Source: Takakia lepidozioides
Lineage: Eukaryota > Plantae > Bryophyta
Assembly (NCBI GenBank): GCA_030704615.1
Contig: CM060734.1
Coordinates: forward strand, 1,612,001 to 1,676,000
Direction of reading: 5' to 3'
Length of the DNA: 64,000 nucleotides
Below are positions 61,251 to 64,000 of the stretch, piece after piece; the stretch's first letter is position 1, and every line of letters starts with the position of its first letter. The notes below the pieces were generated by a model that saw nothing but the letters and a program-made list of their open reading frames with translations, was not told where the DNA came from and did not search any database. The translations under genes and the position numbers were made by a program.

Positions 61251-64000
61251 TCTCTCCCTGTCCTCTAGGAAGCCTATTGCCATTGGGTGGACTTGATACG
61301 GGAGTACATTAATGTCTCTGTGACTAAATGCCGGCCTTGTGACCTCGTGTCTTTGTTTGTTTCGACCTGAAGCGCTTTGCTCCAGGTAAGGTAGTGCATT
61401 GGATTTAGTTGGAAAGCTTGGGGCCTTTCCCTCTTTAGAATATGCCTACACGGGCCATTCCCTGCAACTCCCTGGAGTGTGATCTCTGAATGGTAACAAG
61501 CGGACCCCTACCGCTTGGGGGCAGCCCCTCCGCCCAAATTGGGCAGTCGTATGCTCTGTCTAGCATACTCGGCACTTGGGCTCGGGTTGGTTCCTGTGCT
61601 TAAACTTATAGCCTGCGACAACAATCAAAATTCTAGCTCCTATCAACATCAACACTCCTCAGGGTGATTCCTGGGAAGTGGTTTCTTATGCCAAATCTAG
61701 GGCTTCATGTGTAGTTTTTGGGGTGAATCCCAGGATGGACGATGTGTCCTTTAAAACTACATGCACTAGCTTAGGCTTGGATTTCATGGCTAATGGTTCC
61801 ATCTCGAGACTTGATAACAGGGGTACGTTGAAGGTTGCAATGACCAAAAGTGCTTCTAATAGAGTCCCACATCAATTCAATCTCAAAGAAGTTCGTCCCT
61901 TGACTGGCTGGAGAGCGGTCTTAGACATTGGTGATTCAATGGGGCGCTCTAGGAAGACAACCAAGGACAAGGACTTCAACTTGAGAGTTTCTAATCGGTT
62001 TGATGCTCTGGATGAGGTTGAATCCAAACAGCCAGAAGAACAAGATGCCCCTAAGTGTACGGAACCTGAACGTCCTGTATCTGAAGGATTTGGTACTCTG
62101 AATGGTTTACCAATCCTCAAGGTTTACACAAGACGAGCAAATTCTATACACGGGGTAATTGTCCCCAGCCGTCAGATGGACAATCTGTCCCTAAGTGTGC
62201 AGAGCCTGAACGTCGTGTAACTGAAGGATTTGGTACTCTGAATGGTTTACCAATCCTCAAAGTCTACACAAGACGAGCAAAATCTATACACGGGGTAATT
62301 GTCCCCAAGCAGTCAGACGGACAATCTGTCCCTAAGTGTGCGGAGCCTGTACGTCGTGTAACTGAAGGATTTGGTACCCTGAATGGTTTACCAATTCTCA
62401 AAGTTTACACAAGACGAGCAAAATCTACACATGGGGTAACTGTCCCCCCTTTGCAGAACGGTTGGCCGTCCAGGAGCAATCACAAGCTACCTAGACGACA
62501 AACAATTCATATGCAAAGGGCTGGCTTGCGGTACTTTCAATTTCTCAGGGCTGACTAACCAAAGGAAACAACTCGAAGTGGCACAAGTTCTTCAGGCCAA
62601 TAACATTCATATTTGTGCTGGTCAGGAGACTTGGGAAACTCCGGATAAATTGGTTGGAGATGTCAATGGGTATAAGTGGACGGGTAAGATGTGTACTCTC
62701 AAGGCAGCCTCTGCCAAAAGCAGCCAAAAAGGGGTTGGATTCTTTGTCCGCGATTTCTTGTTTGATAATTGTGAAATTATCAACAAGGGTTTGAGGTATG
62801 AGCATAGTATCTGGCTAAAACTGAATCTGAAGGGCGTGAATACGAAGGACTTCTTTGTGGGTTTTGTATACATGCCCACAGAGGGGACCCTTAGTGTTGA
62901 CGCAGACAAAGCCTCCGAAGATGTAAAGCTGGACTGTGCTTCGTTCCTTGCCAAAGGTCAGGTGGTTCTATTGGGTGACTTCAATGCCCGGGTTGGGCAA
63001 AGGTCTCCATCAGGACGATATCATTGGGCCTTTTGGTGAGGACGAGCTGAATTCTAATGGCAGACGGTTAATTAACTGTCTGGAAGAGCTTCAGCTTTTG
63101 ACCTTGAATAACAGAACAAGAGGTGAACAAGTGCAGTGGACTCGTGAGAAATCCCAAACTGGGGAACGTTCCATTGTGGACTATATCATAATGGACAAAA
63201 CTTTGTTCCCCAGTGTGCCAATGTGTTGATCGACAGAACTGATATTGGTACCTCTGACCACTTCCTGGTTTGGACTGAGATCAAAAGGTGTTTTCCCAAC
63301 ACCAAGAGATCTGTGAAACGTTCGATTCGGAAGTGGCGCATAGAAAAATTCCATAATGAGGAGGTCAAGGCTGAGTATGTCCAGGCCTTGCAAGAGGCTC
63401 TTCCTCATTTTGTCCAATCGCTCCAAGAACTTCAGTCTCGCTCTGACAACACAAGAAATGAAGTCGAAAGAGCAGTGGCCTCTTGGGAGAGTTTCGTTTC
63501 CTCTGTGGCTGACAAGATCATTGGGAGGAAACTAATTGTCTGCGGTAGAGCTGTTAATTGGTGGACCAATGAGATTAAACTCAAGATAGCTGAGAGACGA
63601 GCCCTCTATAAAGAGAGCTGCAATTTGAAAACCAACAGAGAATTGTGGGCGAGGTACTACCAGCTCCGTAAAGATATCAATCAGCTTGTTAGGTCTCAGA
63701 AGAAATTATACTGGGACAAGTTATACAGTGAAATAAACTCAAACCACCATGGTGTAATGCCAAGAAATTCTGGTTGGCCCTTCCACGTTTGTACAAGCCG
63801 AAAAACGGTCAGCAAGTACAAGCGCTGAAGACTACTAAAGGTGCAGTGGTGACTTCATCGGTTGACATTGTCAAAACCTTTGAAACCCACTACAGTATCC
63901 TTGGCAGAACTTCTAGGTCTAACAGTGAGGGGTCTTCTGCTGAATGGAGGGACACAGTTGGTAAAACTGTTCCTATGATTCAAAACAGCCCTGATGAACT
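61250..64000 (+). mobile_element. 5' part of a full-length LINE running off the window
   Basis: 5' UTR near-identical to 43433 onward; APE motifs; three ~141-bp internal repeats at 62051-62445. Confidence 0.9.

Overview
Eukaryotic, TE-rich genomic DNA, most likely from a non-seed land plant (inference from the gene and TE types). 1-22.5 kb: two related MULE-like DNA transposons. Each has a + strand transposase (GCM/WRKY-like Zn domain, DDE core, SWIM finger) and a divergently transcribed, intron-containing - strand gene with a ParB/Srx-type domain (DGNHRLLA). In the complete element (253-14591, bounded by TIRs) this ParB gene continues into a beta-class amino-DNA-methyltransferase-like domain. 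It is flanked by, and carries in its introns, about 40 copies of a 22-bp palindrome GGAAATGCGG-YR-CCGCATTTCC, mostly spaced 52-53 bp in the main array. The second element has its own different 22-bp palindrome in equivalent places. This transposase + ParB-MTase + element-specific palindrome module is the main candidate novel system. 22.5-33.3 kb: an intronless HECT E3 fragment, a decayed Ty3/gypsy element with a TIR-element insertion, and a second gag remnant. 34.2-57.4 kb: 17 exons of a - strand dynamin-related DRP3 gene (5' exons lie outside the window). Its introns are packed with copies of one (TC)n-tailed LINE family, one of which holds a young Ty1/copia element. Many ORFs have small indels (decay and/or assembly error). 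All homology calls are from motif recognition by eye, not database searches.
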